Source: Hypanus sabinus
Taxonomy: Eukaryota
Assembly: GCF_030144855.1 (NCBI RefSeq)
Contig: NC_082713.1
Location: forward strand, 149,172,001 to 149,236,000
Direction: 5' to 3'
Length of the DNA stretch: 64,000 nucleotides
In this document: piece after piece, positions 50,374 through 62,200 of the stretch
How the letters are laid out: each line of letters starts with the position of its first letter
Numbering within the stretch: position 1 is the first letter of the stretch
Made by a program: the position numbers and the translations under genes
The notes under the pieces: generated by a model
The model's input: the letters and a program-made list of their open reading frames with translations, nothing else
Database searches by the model: none
What the model was told of the DNA's origin: nothing

Positions 50374-50859
50374 TTCTAAGAATAAAATTATCATTGGGCT
50401 ATAGAATCATAGAGGACAGCAATACATAAACAGGGCATTCAGCCCATCTAATCCATGTTATTCAGCGTAATCCCAACATCCCTCGATTGGAGCATAGCCC
50501 TCCACACCCATCCCATCCATGTACTTATCCAAATTATGGATGCAGTTCATGAATCTTGATGATGTATTAAGTACAAGTCTATCTTGTGCAAAAGCAACTT
50601 CTTCCCCTCAAATCAAAAAATGAAGTTCAAAAGTCACCATTTTTCTAGCAGGGGTCTTTTGGGGCATGCAACACATTACTGGCCAAGCAGGTGTGTCTAC
50701 AACTTTTCTGAACTCTATTATCGAGATTTGGGTATCTTTTTGCAAGCGATATTTGGTAAAATCTACTGAAATATTTTCAATAACTTTGCTGCTTTATCAA
50801 TTGCTTTGAAAAGTAACCATTGAATTGTTGTTATTAAAGAGCATTACTCCTTTTTTCCA

Positions 50860-51188
50860 ATTTAACAAACCACAAAATCACTTTATTATTGGTCATATAA
50901 CAACATTACTTGAACTTTAAAGTGCATATCTTTACAATATATCAAAAGTTAGCAGCACCAATGATACACAGTTCAAATAAATAGATGATTTAACAAATAA
51001 ATTACGGTATGTGACATTAATCATAAATTGTCAGATATTCACAATGACCAATGGTATAGTTCCATAGAGTAACACTCATGTTTTTATTCCCTTGCGTGCT
51101 TTATATTTACAATCAATAAATACGTTTAATACTTTAGTTATGATCACACAAACAGAATACTGCAAAAGATATTTTTTTCAGTCTTCAC
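50860..51188 (-). other. PTHLH: PTHLH terminal non-coding exon (AU-rich 3' UTR)
   Basis: Strong acceptor ttttcctttatttctgtAG (51190-89). The sequence GCAGTATTCTGT...AAAGTATTAAACGTATTTATTG...CTCTATGGAACT..CATTGGTCATTGTGAATAT...TTGGTGCTGCT...ATGCACTTTA resembles the mammalian PTHLH last-exon UTR as I recall it. Several TATTTAT elements; AATAAA at 51088-83 and 50887-82. Confidence 0.8.
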
Positions 51189-54092
51189 CTACAGAAATAA
51201 AGGAAAATTAAACAGTCGCTCAATATTTTAAGCAAGAAACCACCTTAACACCATTAAATTATTGTCCTTGGAAAGTGACTCTGATAACTTTGTAGCAAGT
51301 AGAACTTTACTTGGGCATCTCAGAGATGCCCAATTAAGCAATACGAACTAACGGTCCAATAATTGTGGTGTGTCCGATTTCGGTCATAAACTTATTTATG
51401 TTTACTGGATGGGAATCAACATTGTGGAGATGTTAGTCCCTACCCTTTATCCTCTAAAGAAGAACTTATATTTGGATCATGTCTATGCAAATCATGCAAC
51501 AAATAATAACTCAAGATAGATAGGTTCTGGTGTGGTTCCTCTTCTTACTCAGTAACCAACCAAATGCCCCCAGATCAATATATACTATCAAAGATGCATT
51601 TTCCCCACAGGAAGAGTCCAAAATACAAAGCCGAGACGGATAATCAAAATAGCCACTGTAGGTAGTTTATCTGGAGTCTTTAATCTAAAGGTTAACTCCC
51701 ACATTGAGAATCACATTTCTAAAGTCAAACAAAATCCAAATATAAGTCCCAATATGCTGCATTTTGTTGCATTCTAATACATTAAAAAGCTCAGTTGGTA
51801 AATTACCAGAAAATATTTTCAGAAAACTTTGAAATGATTTAATTTGAATTTTAGTCATCTGCATATTGAGAATTACATAATTGGCATCTTTGCAGATGAT
51901 TACACCAATATTAGCAAGAGCTTCCTTCAAAAATCAAGAAAACTTTCAAACTTTCTGTACATTTTCAATATTTTATCTTGAATTCATACTACATATCAGC
52001 ATTTTTAATAATATGTTATTTCAAAGACAAAGTGAAAGTTGTAAAATACTTAATTAATTATTAAGTTGTCTTTGCATTGCATTTATAGAAGTTAATTTTT
52101 AATACCTATACAATTATTAACCACAGGCTATGAAACATAACAATTGCAGTATTTAAATTAAATGGTAGGTTTTACCAAATGGAATATATTGCTCAATGGA
52201 TTTCACCCATTGAAAAGCCTGGATTGTAAGAACGTGCCTTGAGTAATCTCTTAATTGTAAAGGACTACCCTAAAGAACAATTATTGCAACAATGCTGCTT
52301 CCTAGGCTAGAGTGTCATTATATGGCAAACACAATGTGGCGTCATGTAAATAATCGTAAATGGAACTTAATACAGAGTCTGAAGAGTAGGGATGGAATCT
52401 CATTATTTAGGGCTTTAGCAGCTGAAAATGTTGTTTTATTATAGTTGTAGCAATAAAATCAGAAACATGCACAAAGCCAGAATTAGGAGAGCGCAACTGT
52501 CTAAGGCAAATTTAGGGATGGTTGAAAGCATGGAGGGAACTATGTACAAAGATGAGAATTTAAAGTCAAGGCATTGCTTAACCGGGATCCTCTGTAGTGA
52601 TGTGGATGATCACAGGGGCAATGTGAACATGACTTGGTACAAGTTGGAACCTGGAAGCAGAGGTTTGGATGACCTCCAATCTAGCAAGGGGAGAACATTG
52701 ACAGCTGAAAGGAATTACTGTGAAGTCATGACCAGAGGTAACAAATCCAGAGATGGCGGTTTCCTTGGGAGATGAGCTGAAGCTGGGCCAGAGTTAAGTA
52801 ATATTACAGAATATGCAGTTGTTGTGGTGGTGGTGTGGAATTGATTAGAAACCCTGTTGGGACTAAGAATTCACTTGTCCAGAGGGGAAACTCCTTATGG
52901 GTACACTGCCAGCTAAACAAAAACTGAAGTGTTGCTTGCAGAATGCATGCTATTTAAATTAACGTGCTCAATTCAGCAGATATCCAGGAAACCCCATACA
53001 CTGGGTATCCACTCAAGTGATGTGCTGGTAAAGTGCAAAGCACAGCCATTATATAGATGTGTTGGACGCAGCTGCATGTCGGCTTTCGATAAATCAATGC
53101 ATTCTGACTTTCAGACGTTTAGTTCCCAGATTCTGGAATTACCTTCCTCAGCTTGTACGCCCCTCTTTCTCTACCAAAAATGAGGAAGCGTTTATCTGTC
53201 TGCTTCATAGTCTTAGTTTGCCAGACTATTACTGTGAAATGTTTCGAGTGTTTCTCTAAGTTTGGACACATTTTGCGCGCGCTTCATGCCTTCTACGCCT
53301 ATTTGTTTTTGATGGGGGTGGTGGTCAGGGGGGACTGATTAAACGTTCTCATTTACTCACGTTGTGCTCTCACTTAAAAAAAAGAGATCCAAGGGGTTAG
53401 AACATATTTTAAACCTCCAATATACACACGGAAGCTCTCACCACCATTGATCTCTGAAGGAGTTTACCATCACTGGGGTTAGGTCCTGACCTACCTCGGT
53501 GTGCAGTCAAATCATGCCACAAAATTAGAATCATTACTGAAAACATGGGGCTTTTTAGGAGGGATTATGTTTGTATAAGATTGTTTTGGATACCTTCAGC
53601 TATTATCTGGCTACAGATTATTGGCACATTTACACTTATAAAGTGCTTTTGTCTATTAACTTCTAAACTAAGGAAAGAAAATATGACAGCGGTTGTGCTG
53701 TCAGTTGCGTTCATAGACTACGATTTGGGGCATGCAACAATGAGAAAAGCGTCACTTGGCTGCTGACCATTCACTATGGTACCGCACAACGCCTGTGATG
53801 TCTCCTCAATCCACGTGAACTGATTGGTGCTACGCGCCTATTCTCTGCTAACATTAAGATGCAACTGAACGGGTGTATGCGCTTCCAAGCGCTCGAGTGC
53901 AGCCGGCCTAATGCTTCTTGTATCTGGACGCTTATTAATCGGAGATCCCTTTCTGTTCACGTTCACAGCACATCACAGCAGATGCCGAACTCGGGCGTTG
54001 CCTGCAGTCTTTAAACTTTAAAGCAAGCGTGAGAGGGTGGACTGGGAGAGTACTGAGTAGTTACCTAATAATGTATTTTACAGATTGGACCC

Positions 54093-54558
54093 TCAATGCC
54101 AAAGCCGTCCGTAGACGGCATTCAGGAGCGGGTTGGAACCGAGTCCGATGCCGGGATCCCTGACTTCCGAACCGGCGGAGCGTGCGTGCCTCCTGCTCTT
54201 CTCCTGACGACCTTTCTGTGCTTTGCGCCTGTTATTTTTGCCTTGCTTCTTCTTCTTGCCAGTCTTCTTTGCGTTTTGGTATTTTAAAGCACCGGGCTTG
54301 GTCTCTTGCAACTGCTCCGCCGGGGTCTTGGTACCCTCGTTGTTGGACGCCAGCTTGATAAGAAGCGCTGCTAGGTCCGGCGAGTCCGGCCACGTCGCCG
54401 GGTGTTTGGGACTGCTCGGCGGCTGTGGCTGGGTCAGTCCACGGCCCTCTGCTGTATGCAGTTCTCCCATTACATTGTTCAGCCAGATCCGCCTCTGCAG
54501 TTCCTGGATAGACCTGCTCTTATCATGCATGAACTGGTGCTCCGAGACAGACCTCTTC
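54093..54558 (-). CDS. PTHLH: Parathyroid hormone-related protein, main coding exon (mature peptide, mid-region, NLS)
   Basis: Acceptor tattttgtAG at 54560-59, phase 2. Reads KR-SVSEHQFMHDKSRSIQELQRRIWLNNVMGELHTAEGR..., then a basic NLS-like tract KKTGKKKKQGKNNRRK...SRRHARSAG. Stop TGA at 54093-95. Syntenic with KLHL42. Confidence 0.95.
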
Positions 54559-55233
54559 CTACAAAATACAGACACGAGATTTGTATTATTTTAGATTAGT
54601 CAGCTCGGCACAGGCTCAAGCACAGTTCGCTCCAGTTCTGACCACTTCAAACCTGGAAAATCAAATTCCGATTGACCATACCAAGAACGCTCTGAACTGC
54701 ATTCCAACTGAATTTACCACCCTGGAGTTATTTTGTAGTCAGCATTCTTTACGCACGCTGCCTCCTTTTGGAAGGATTTCATATGCCATTCATTTCCAGA
54801 TCCCCGAGTCTAAAGCATCGGCCCGAACGCGTTACTGTGCGTCAAAACAATCCAGCAGAGTGCGCGGCGCTCCGAGCAGCCTCTACAACTGGATGGCAGT
54901 ACAGTGCTTCAGCCGAGATAAGCTCAGTGCGCAAGGTTTAAAAAAAAGCCTTAAACAGGATCAGTTACTGACCCGGAGCGCTGGCAACACACTCTGTGAA
55001 GAAATTCTTCACGCTTTGTAGTTCGTCTATTACACAAATAAAACGCCTAAAAGTTTCCCCTTCTCACACACCCTCTCAACTAAAGCTGGCGAAAACAAAC
55101 ACATCAGGTGCAATACTTAATCAAGTAAAACGAAATAGTTTATATTAATTGAAAAGAAAACTCGTGTACTTGACAGCGTTGCATGCACGCTGCAGTCTCG
55201 TAGCCCGATTTCTACTAATATGCCATAACTTAC

Positions 55234-55340
55234 TTTATATTGGAGATGTCATCCACGGGTTTCCCATAGGTAGCCATTGAATAACATAAGATAAATATCG
55301 CGAAGTTCAGACCCTGAAAGAATCTCCTGGTGTTCGACAT
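55234..55340 (-). CDS. PTHLH: PTHrP prepro exon (signal peptide and pro-sequence); not in the ORF track
   Basis: Acceptor gttcgcAG at 55357-56, ATG at 55340. Reads MSNTRRFFQGLNFAIFILCYSMATYGKPVDDISNI(K). Donor AA|GTAAGT at 55233. It joins the next exon in frame to give ...NIKKR|SVSEH. Total 573 nt (190 aa). Confidence 0.93.
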
Positions 55341-55359
55341 TTTACCGTTCCCAACCTGC

Positions 55360-57100
55360 GAACACATGAATTTTCGAGTTATGATTAAATACAGGGCTCA
55401 ATCCCACCGGTTTCTACATACGAGATCAAATCTTTCCACAAAGAAACTGTGAGAATTGTTAAATTATGTTATACTACACATGTAAAGTGTCCCTCTTCCC
55501 CCACTTACTTCAGGGTGGCCAGTTCCTGCGACGTTTGACTGGATTTGATGTTTTACCGAACAGTAGCCGTTTTAAAGTTCTGTCTAGGACGAAACAGAAA
55601 GGTAAATGAATTGCAAAAGTTTATCCAGCCTTGCAAATGAGCCTTTTTAAAACCTATGCCAATTCAGCTGGATCGCTAGCTGTAGGACCATCGACAGCGT
55701 GCTGTGTGGTTGGAACTAGCCGAGCCCCTATTACGCCAGAGACGTGTAGAGCAGCGCCTAGAATTCAAACCCACTAATCAAATTAAAGACACAGTATCTC
55801 CCTGCACCGCTGCATCGGACACATTCATGACAAAAGTGAACTTTAAAATAGCTCACCTTTTTAAAAATCCTAACCTGCTTTAAAGATGGGTGTTCTTTTG
55901 CAAACACTCAAACCGAATATGTCAATTATCTAACCTCTAGATATTTAAGGAAGCATTGACATGGCAAACGATCCGTTGAAGTTTATAGGAACATGAAGTT
56001 CTGATATAAGTTAGCACTTCATCCAGAAGAATGTGTGCCAAATTTACAACGATTATGCCAGTCGCGCAACTTGTGTATGCATTACAGAAATTCCTGGAAA
56101 GTTTGAACTTGCAAATGTGATACAAAGACATTCAATCTGTTAAACATCATCACCCCTTTTAAGACTCACCCGAACTGATAGATCACTTACTAGATCAGAA
56201 TTCGTGTTGGGCGGATCTCTAAACTCACTGCGTTCAGTGGTACTCAATACATAGCTTTGAAACAACACGGATCTTCGCGGAACAGATTCGAGGCTTATAA
56301 CAGAAATAAATGAGCTTAGTTCTTGCATGTGTCTTGCATGCTTACCGAACCGATTCTGCCTAGGCAGGGTTTCAAATTCCGAGACCAAGGCTAGATAAGC
56401 ACCTTTTCTCTGACATCACGCCGCGTTAATTTGCGTTTGACTAAGTCATCGCCGGTTAGATGTTGTTCAATACATCCGCATTGTTATGCAAAACCAATGA
56501 ATTGGAACAAAATGGACAACCGTTAAGGGGAAAAATGTTGGCAACAGTCTCTCGAAGGTTAACAATGAAAATGAAGTTAATTCTAGTCTTAGGCAACCGT
56601 AGCCAGGTAGCAATCAGTTTGTCAGCAGAATTTCTTTCTCTGGCTCCCAGAGCTAGAGGCATTACTGGGGAGGCAACAGGACAAATTCCTTCCTCCGTGT
56701 TGCGTTTCGTGGCTTTGATGAATAAATCTTAACTTGATAGAAATTTTAAAAAAGCTGTTGAATATAATTCGGTAAATCAGATACGTTATTGATCTGTAAC
56801 ATTAACGAGTTGACCCAAAGCACCTACTTTTTATTCGCCCACCTTCCCACAATTAGACGCCCTTAAGTGAAAATCAAAATTATATTCGGTAGCTGAATCA
56901 AGTTGTTTTAGTTGTTTGTATTCTGTCAATATACAGTAATTGTACAGATCTGTCTTTATAAACGACCGCGATACATCGGTACGCCTTAGAACCTTCACTA
57001 TATTGGCATTTGGTATTGCCTGTATACAATGAAACCAGTATTCTTCAGTCATCTAGTTCGAAGATGTGTCCCATCTCTGTTTACTTTACATTTAAAAGCT
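55360..57100 (-). promoter_or_regulatory. PTHLH: PTHLH CpG-rich promoter and 5' non-coding exon region
   Basis: CpG-retaining sequence. Consensus minus-strand donors at 55508 (GAA|GTAAGT), 55856 (AAG|GTGAGC), 56169 (CGG|GTGAGT) and 56345 (TCG|GTAAGC). CRE-like TGACATCA at 56411 and palindrome TGACTAAGTCA at 56438. Confidence 0.55.
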
Positions 57101-57724
57101 AAATAAAAATGTAAATTCATTAACAAGCAGTCTCCACTGGAACATGTAGATGGTTTGGTCCAGTCAGTACCCATTAACATAGAGGCAATACCAAAAGCGC
57201 TTCGATTTTGCAGACAATTGCATAACACTGAGAGCTGTCCATGGTGATTACCAGATTTGTTCTTTCTCGGGAAGATTAAAACACAATTGGTTAAAAGACG
57301 GGAAAACAATGCAAAGGTACCTACAGAACCTTGATGGAAATGCTTGTGCGTTGATGTTTTTTGTTGATTCAGTGAATAATGGAATTTAGAATATTCCCCG
57401 GTCTACTGTTAATTTGTTTACGTGTAGACAATAGCAAGTCTTCCTTACAGCAGTACAGAAATATATCTAATGATCCAAAAATACAAAAGATCTTGATTTA
57501 TTTCACACAAATCACGATAAAATCATTTAAACCTGATCATTAATTATAAGATATAGTTTAAACTCGGCATTTGCCCGTTTATTTACTATTGATGTTAGGA
57601 CATTCTCTTGTACGTATGGTTTGGCTGCCACTGAACAAAACCTTCCATGCTAGATTTCTAGTTCAAAACGAAGCTGTCACAACAAATCCAAACTTCACCT
57701 GAGTGAGCTCTTAAGAAACCAAGC

Positions 57725-58075
57725 GGCAGAAAAATGCTGGATATACTCAACAGACCAGACAACATCTACGAAGAGAGAAAATAGAATCTTGCTGCAGACT
57801 GATTATATTTAATCAGAACGGGCCAGTTTTCTGAAATTGTTGAATTCATCCCTGAGTCCCAAAGTGATTATGCGCCAGATCGGAAGTTGACCTGCAGTTC
57901 TTGAGCTTACATTGAACTTATTGGGTCATCGCAAGTGGCAAAAGACAGAAGGAACGGACTGTGATGGCCAGAATATGCACAGACAATTGGAAGACCAGGG
58001 GCACCCTTGTAGACTGAACGGAGGTGACCAGCAAAGTAGCAACTCAATCTGCTTCCAGTTTGTAAAAGGAATCAA
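57725..58075 (-). mobile_element. Older Penelope-like fragment
   Basis: AAAATGCTGGATATACTCAACAGACCAGACAACATCT terminal module, then TTCTGAAATTGTTGAATTCA...CCAGATCGGAAG, the reverse of the ...FRxG...EFNNFR PLE C-terminus. Confidence 0.6.
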
Positions 58076-59289
58076 CAGTGAAACCATTTTGTATGACTTT
58101 GCACTCCTGCAATGTACTTCTATTCTTCTCTTTTGAAACCAGTTTTCCAATAATCAGTTGACAACTGGCAGCACTCAACTGGAGCCATTTTCTTCATGGA
58201 TTTCAAATGGAAATTCTCAGAACCTGGAGTATTTTTGACGGAAACCAATGTGATCCTGTATTTTTTTTCTCAGTGCTCTGTCCATCTAACCTCGACTATT
58301 GGTAGCACTACTCTGACAATAGTTTGTGTTTCATGAGCTTTCAGGATACTTTTCCTACAATCTATGATTTGACGTTCAATACCGTGGTCAGTTAGTGATT
58401 TTTTTTTCAGAATGTATACAGTCCTCACCCTCTCCATTGTCTCCAGTGACGTATGAATTCAGAAGTGGTTTAACGCTGTGGTGGGATAACTAGATATACA
58501 ATTATATAGGTTCTGTATTATGAATCCATATTAGATAGCACATATCCTCGTGTACCTGGCTCCTGATATATCATGTATAGCCGATGGCTCCCTAAAAAGC
58601 AATCCTGGTGGGATTTGCTAAGCTTGGCCACTACAAGATGGGTCTTCTTGGAAATGTACTTTGGTAAGGCTGCCAGTTGCAATTGTGTGATACCATAGCA
58701 GTGAGCCAGCCAACAGTACCAGCTTATGCCAGAATGAAAGCGGTTTTATATGTAATTGTATTACCTTGGCCAGAAGTAACTCTACATATACTTTCACATA
58801 CAAATGTTTGACATACAAAGAATTCAAACAAGAAAATAACTACTTAAGCATAGACAATTGGTATGTATGTAAATCTACTATAGATGCTTTCTCATGTTCA
58901 ATGGTGCCAGATATTCTTGTGGGTATTCTAAGCATTTCACTTTTATAATAATTGGCCTAATCATTGTTTGTGAAACACCAGTTGAGGGCAGATTCCTGGC
59001 AGACAGATTTCTGGCAGAGCAGAAGACACCATAAGCAGATGTCATTTTTAATGTATAGTGGGGTATATACTGGATATGTTGAACTGGAACATGAAGTCTG
59101 CAAAAACAAATCCAAGTTCCATCTTCTTCTGTAGGGATAAACCAGAATGATAAGCTGTCTTCACTGAATGACCTTTGTCTATGAGAGGTCTAGTGCAGCA
59201 TGGCAGCAACATTTGTTGTGGAATTGATGAATACCTTATGCTCCTTTGGCTTATTCTAAGACAAATCAAGCATGCTATAGTCATTAGTG

Positions 59290-62200
59290 CAAATGCCCAA
59301 ACCGAGGAGCTTCAGATAAGGCTAAGAAAGACTTCCATTCTAGCCTTGAAAATCTCTGATTCTCATCACAGTGGGGGATAAAGAGCTGTTCTTTTGAGAT
59401 ATCATTGCCACCATAGGAAGGGACACAGCCATCTGCGAAGGCACATTGGTAAGGAAGATGCAGGCAATGCCAACTCCAATTATGGGCTTCTCACGAAAAA
59501 TCTTTGCTACATGGTCTAGTCATTATAAATACATTGTTATTAGAGGAACATTTAGAAGGTATCATGTCAATACCCTCCAAACATTGGTAGCTGTTAGATT
59601 TTATCTTCAGCTGAGTGGGCGATGACAGAATTATCTATATCACCCATGCCATAACATGCACCAGTAACTACAAAAATGACACTACCTAATCCATTCTAAT
59701 ACTCCCCAGCCTAGCCAGAAAACATCACAGAAGCATTACCAGATGAAAATCAATGTTGAAACATCCATGGACTCCACACAATCAGCTGGTTTCAGCCAAT
59801 GCACTTGAAGGCCACCTGTTCACTCTCAGCCAAATGGAGCCTCTCAGAGACCACTACTTACGGGCAGTCCTAAATCCTTTCATAGGTTGCAATTGTGGCT
59901 GGTTTGATAAGAATGACCAGGAGATTGAGAAATAAAATAACTACAGACAACAAAATCAGAAAATGATGGAAATGCTCTGCAGTTCAGGCCACGACTAAGT
60001 GGATGTGAGGAGAACAATGCCCCAGAAATGTTTGATAGTTTGCACTTATCCGTGACCCTGGGTGGACAATCCACATAGATGAGTTGGAGCCAAGGGCGTT
60101 TGCTAAGGAAAGAGATGTGGCTGTGGAGATATGTTTTGGTCAATACCTTACCAAACAAAAAGGGAAAAAGACACAATAGAGAGTGAACAAGGCAAGAGAG
60201 ACAGATGGAAATCGCAGAGTGGAACCTCTTCAGGTCAGATATTCCTGGAAGAGAGGTGTCATTAAATTCCTCAAGTAATTGTCAATGGAACAAATTACAG
60301 ATTCTGGAAATCTAAAACAAAAATAGAAAATGCTAGAAATGCTAGATGGAATGTGACCTCCTGAGCATTTTCAGAATGTTCTGCTTTTGTTTTAGATTCC
60401 TAGCATCTGCAGTTCTTTTCATTATCAGCCACAAACATAAGGTATTCCTACACTGGAAGGTCCATCATTCCTCCAGGGAAAAGAATAGAACTGCTGGCAA
60501 CAATCTAAAAGCCACCTATATGCCCCATCCTACTGAGAGCTAAAAATACTGAAGTCATCAAGTACAGAGAGTCACCTAACACACCGTGGAAGGAGTCCAT
60601 TAAAGACCTCCTCAAACTGTGATGTGCACACCTTTGACTCAGTTTCACAACAGGTACTCAGGTCAGCCTTGTCATCATTCCTGGCTGACGAGAAGTCAAA
60701 AAGACTATACCCTACTGAAAACTAACAAGGTATCTGGAGATACCTCAACCCCTCCCCACCCCCAGCTCAACCATTACCTTAAAAATCCTAAAGCTCATGA
60801 ATCCACAATTTTAATTTTTACCTCTGGGAAAAGAAGAATGCACAATGAAATCTTAGGGATACTCTGCCTACGGTCATCTATGGAATTGGAGCCTGACCCT
60901 GTAACAACAGATCCATCTGCCAGCTGTCTGCCAAAAAAAAAAATCATCATTAGTCTTCTTCGACAGCTTTCTCTCATGGCCAAGCAGTTGATCCTCAAAT
61001 TGCAGCGTGGTTTCCATTTATTTTAACTCCCAGATGATATGAATGTTAATGAATGATATCTCCAAGAAAAATATAAGAAACAGCAACATCCACTATACAT
61101 GGTCTGCTTCAACCACTCTAAAGCCCTTGATTCCATTGATCCAGAGAGACTGTGGAACATATTCTTTATTGTCAGAGGTTCACACAAATCCATCTTGATA
61201 TTATGTTTGCCCTCAGTGGCATGCAACCAACCAGAACCCTAATCAATGGATTTACAATCTCAGTGAAGATCAGTGTCAAGGAAGTTCCCTAGCACGTTTC
61301 TCAGAATTTCTTGCTATAAGTTTCCATGTTACTTCTAGAAAGAGTGATTCCACAGAAGTAGTGGGGAAACTACTCAACCCACAACCACTACACTTCAGAC
61401 CCCAGTAGATGGTGCTTGAATATGCACATGCTGATTGGCTAAACTCTAAGCCATTGTTGACTTTGGACTGAAGCATTTGAGAGAATTGGCCTTATAATCA
61501 AAATTAACAAGACCAAGACCATCTACCAATCTGTCCCAATTGACCTCTATAAATAAAGGTCAAAAGCAAGGCCCTAGAAGACATGGTCCACTAACACATT
61601 GTAAGAGATATTTCATAGAAAAAGCAGACAGGAATGATGAAGTTTATCACTTTGCATCTGCCACCCTGTGTTTGTTTGATTGAGGAAAATAGTATTTGAA
61701 GAATATATCCTCATTTGTGTTGCAAAACTCACATTCTACCAGGCAACACAAATTGTTGTCCTCCAATATCTTTCTGAGGATCAAGTTACAGCAGGCACTA
61801 AAATCCTGGGAAGGATTTTTGGACATAAGCTGTGTCCAAAGAATTCTCTAAATTCACTGGAAGGATATTCTGAGACCTGGATTAACTGCAGCAATGACTT
61901 AGAGCCCCTGAAAAGATACCACCTCTGCTGTCTCCAAAGAATCTTCTAAGTTCACTGGAATGATAAATGTCACCTCCCAGGTGCATATCTCTAATATTAA
62001 GGTGCCTGTTGCACTCTGTTGATTACATTGGGCAGGAATAGGTTTTTGTCTTCCCAACATTGGTCTCCTAACTCAGCCACCCAACTCCAAACTCTGTCCT
62101 GGAAGTGATTATCAGGCAAACCACAGATAAGGTTCAAGCAATGCACACAAATTGCTGGTGGAACGCAGCAGGCCAGGCAGCATCTATAGGGAGAAGTGCT

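Noticed and set aside
52100-52275. Alternative PTHLH terminal exon at the minus-strand ttgttctttAG near 52270
   Set aside because: Acceptor-like, but without the conserved UTR blocks seen at 50860-51188. No further support.
54096-55021. Plus-strand ORFs (63-146 aa) overlapping PTHLH
   Set aside because: Antisense shadows of a GC-rich exon and intron, with no recognisable domain or splice structure.
54093-55340. Identification as PTH or PTH4 rather than PTHLH
   Set aside because: His5, HDK, HTAE, the long basic NLS region, the last-exon UTR and KLHL42 synteny all indicate PTHLH.
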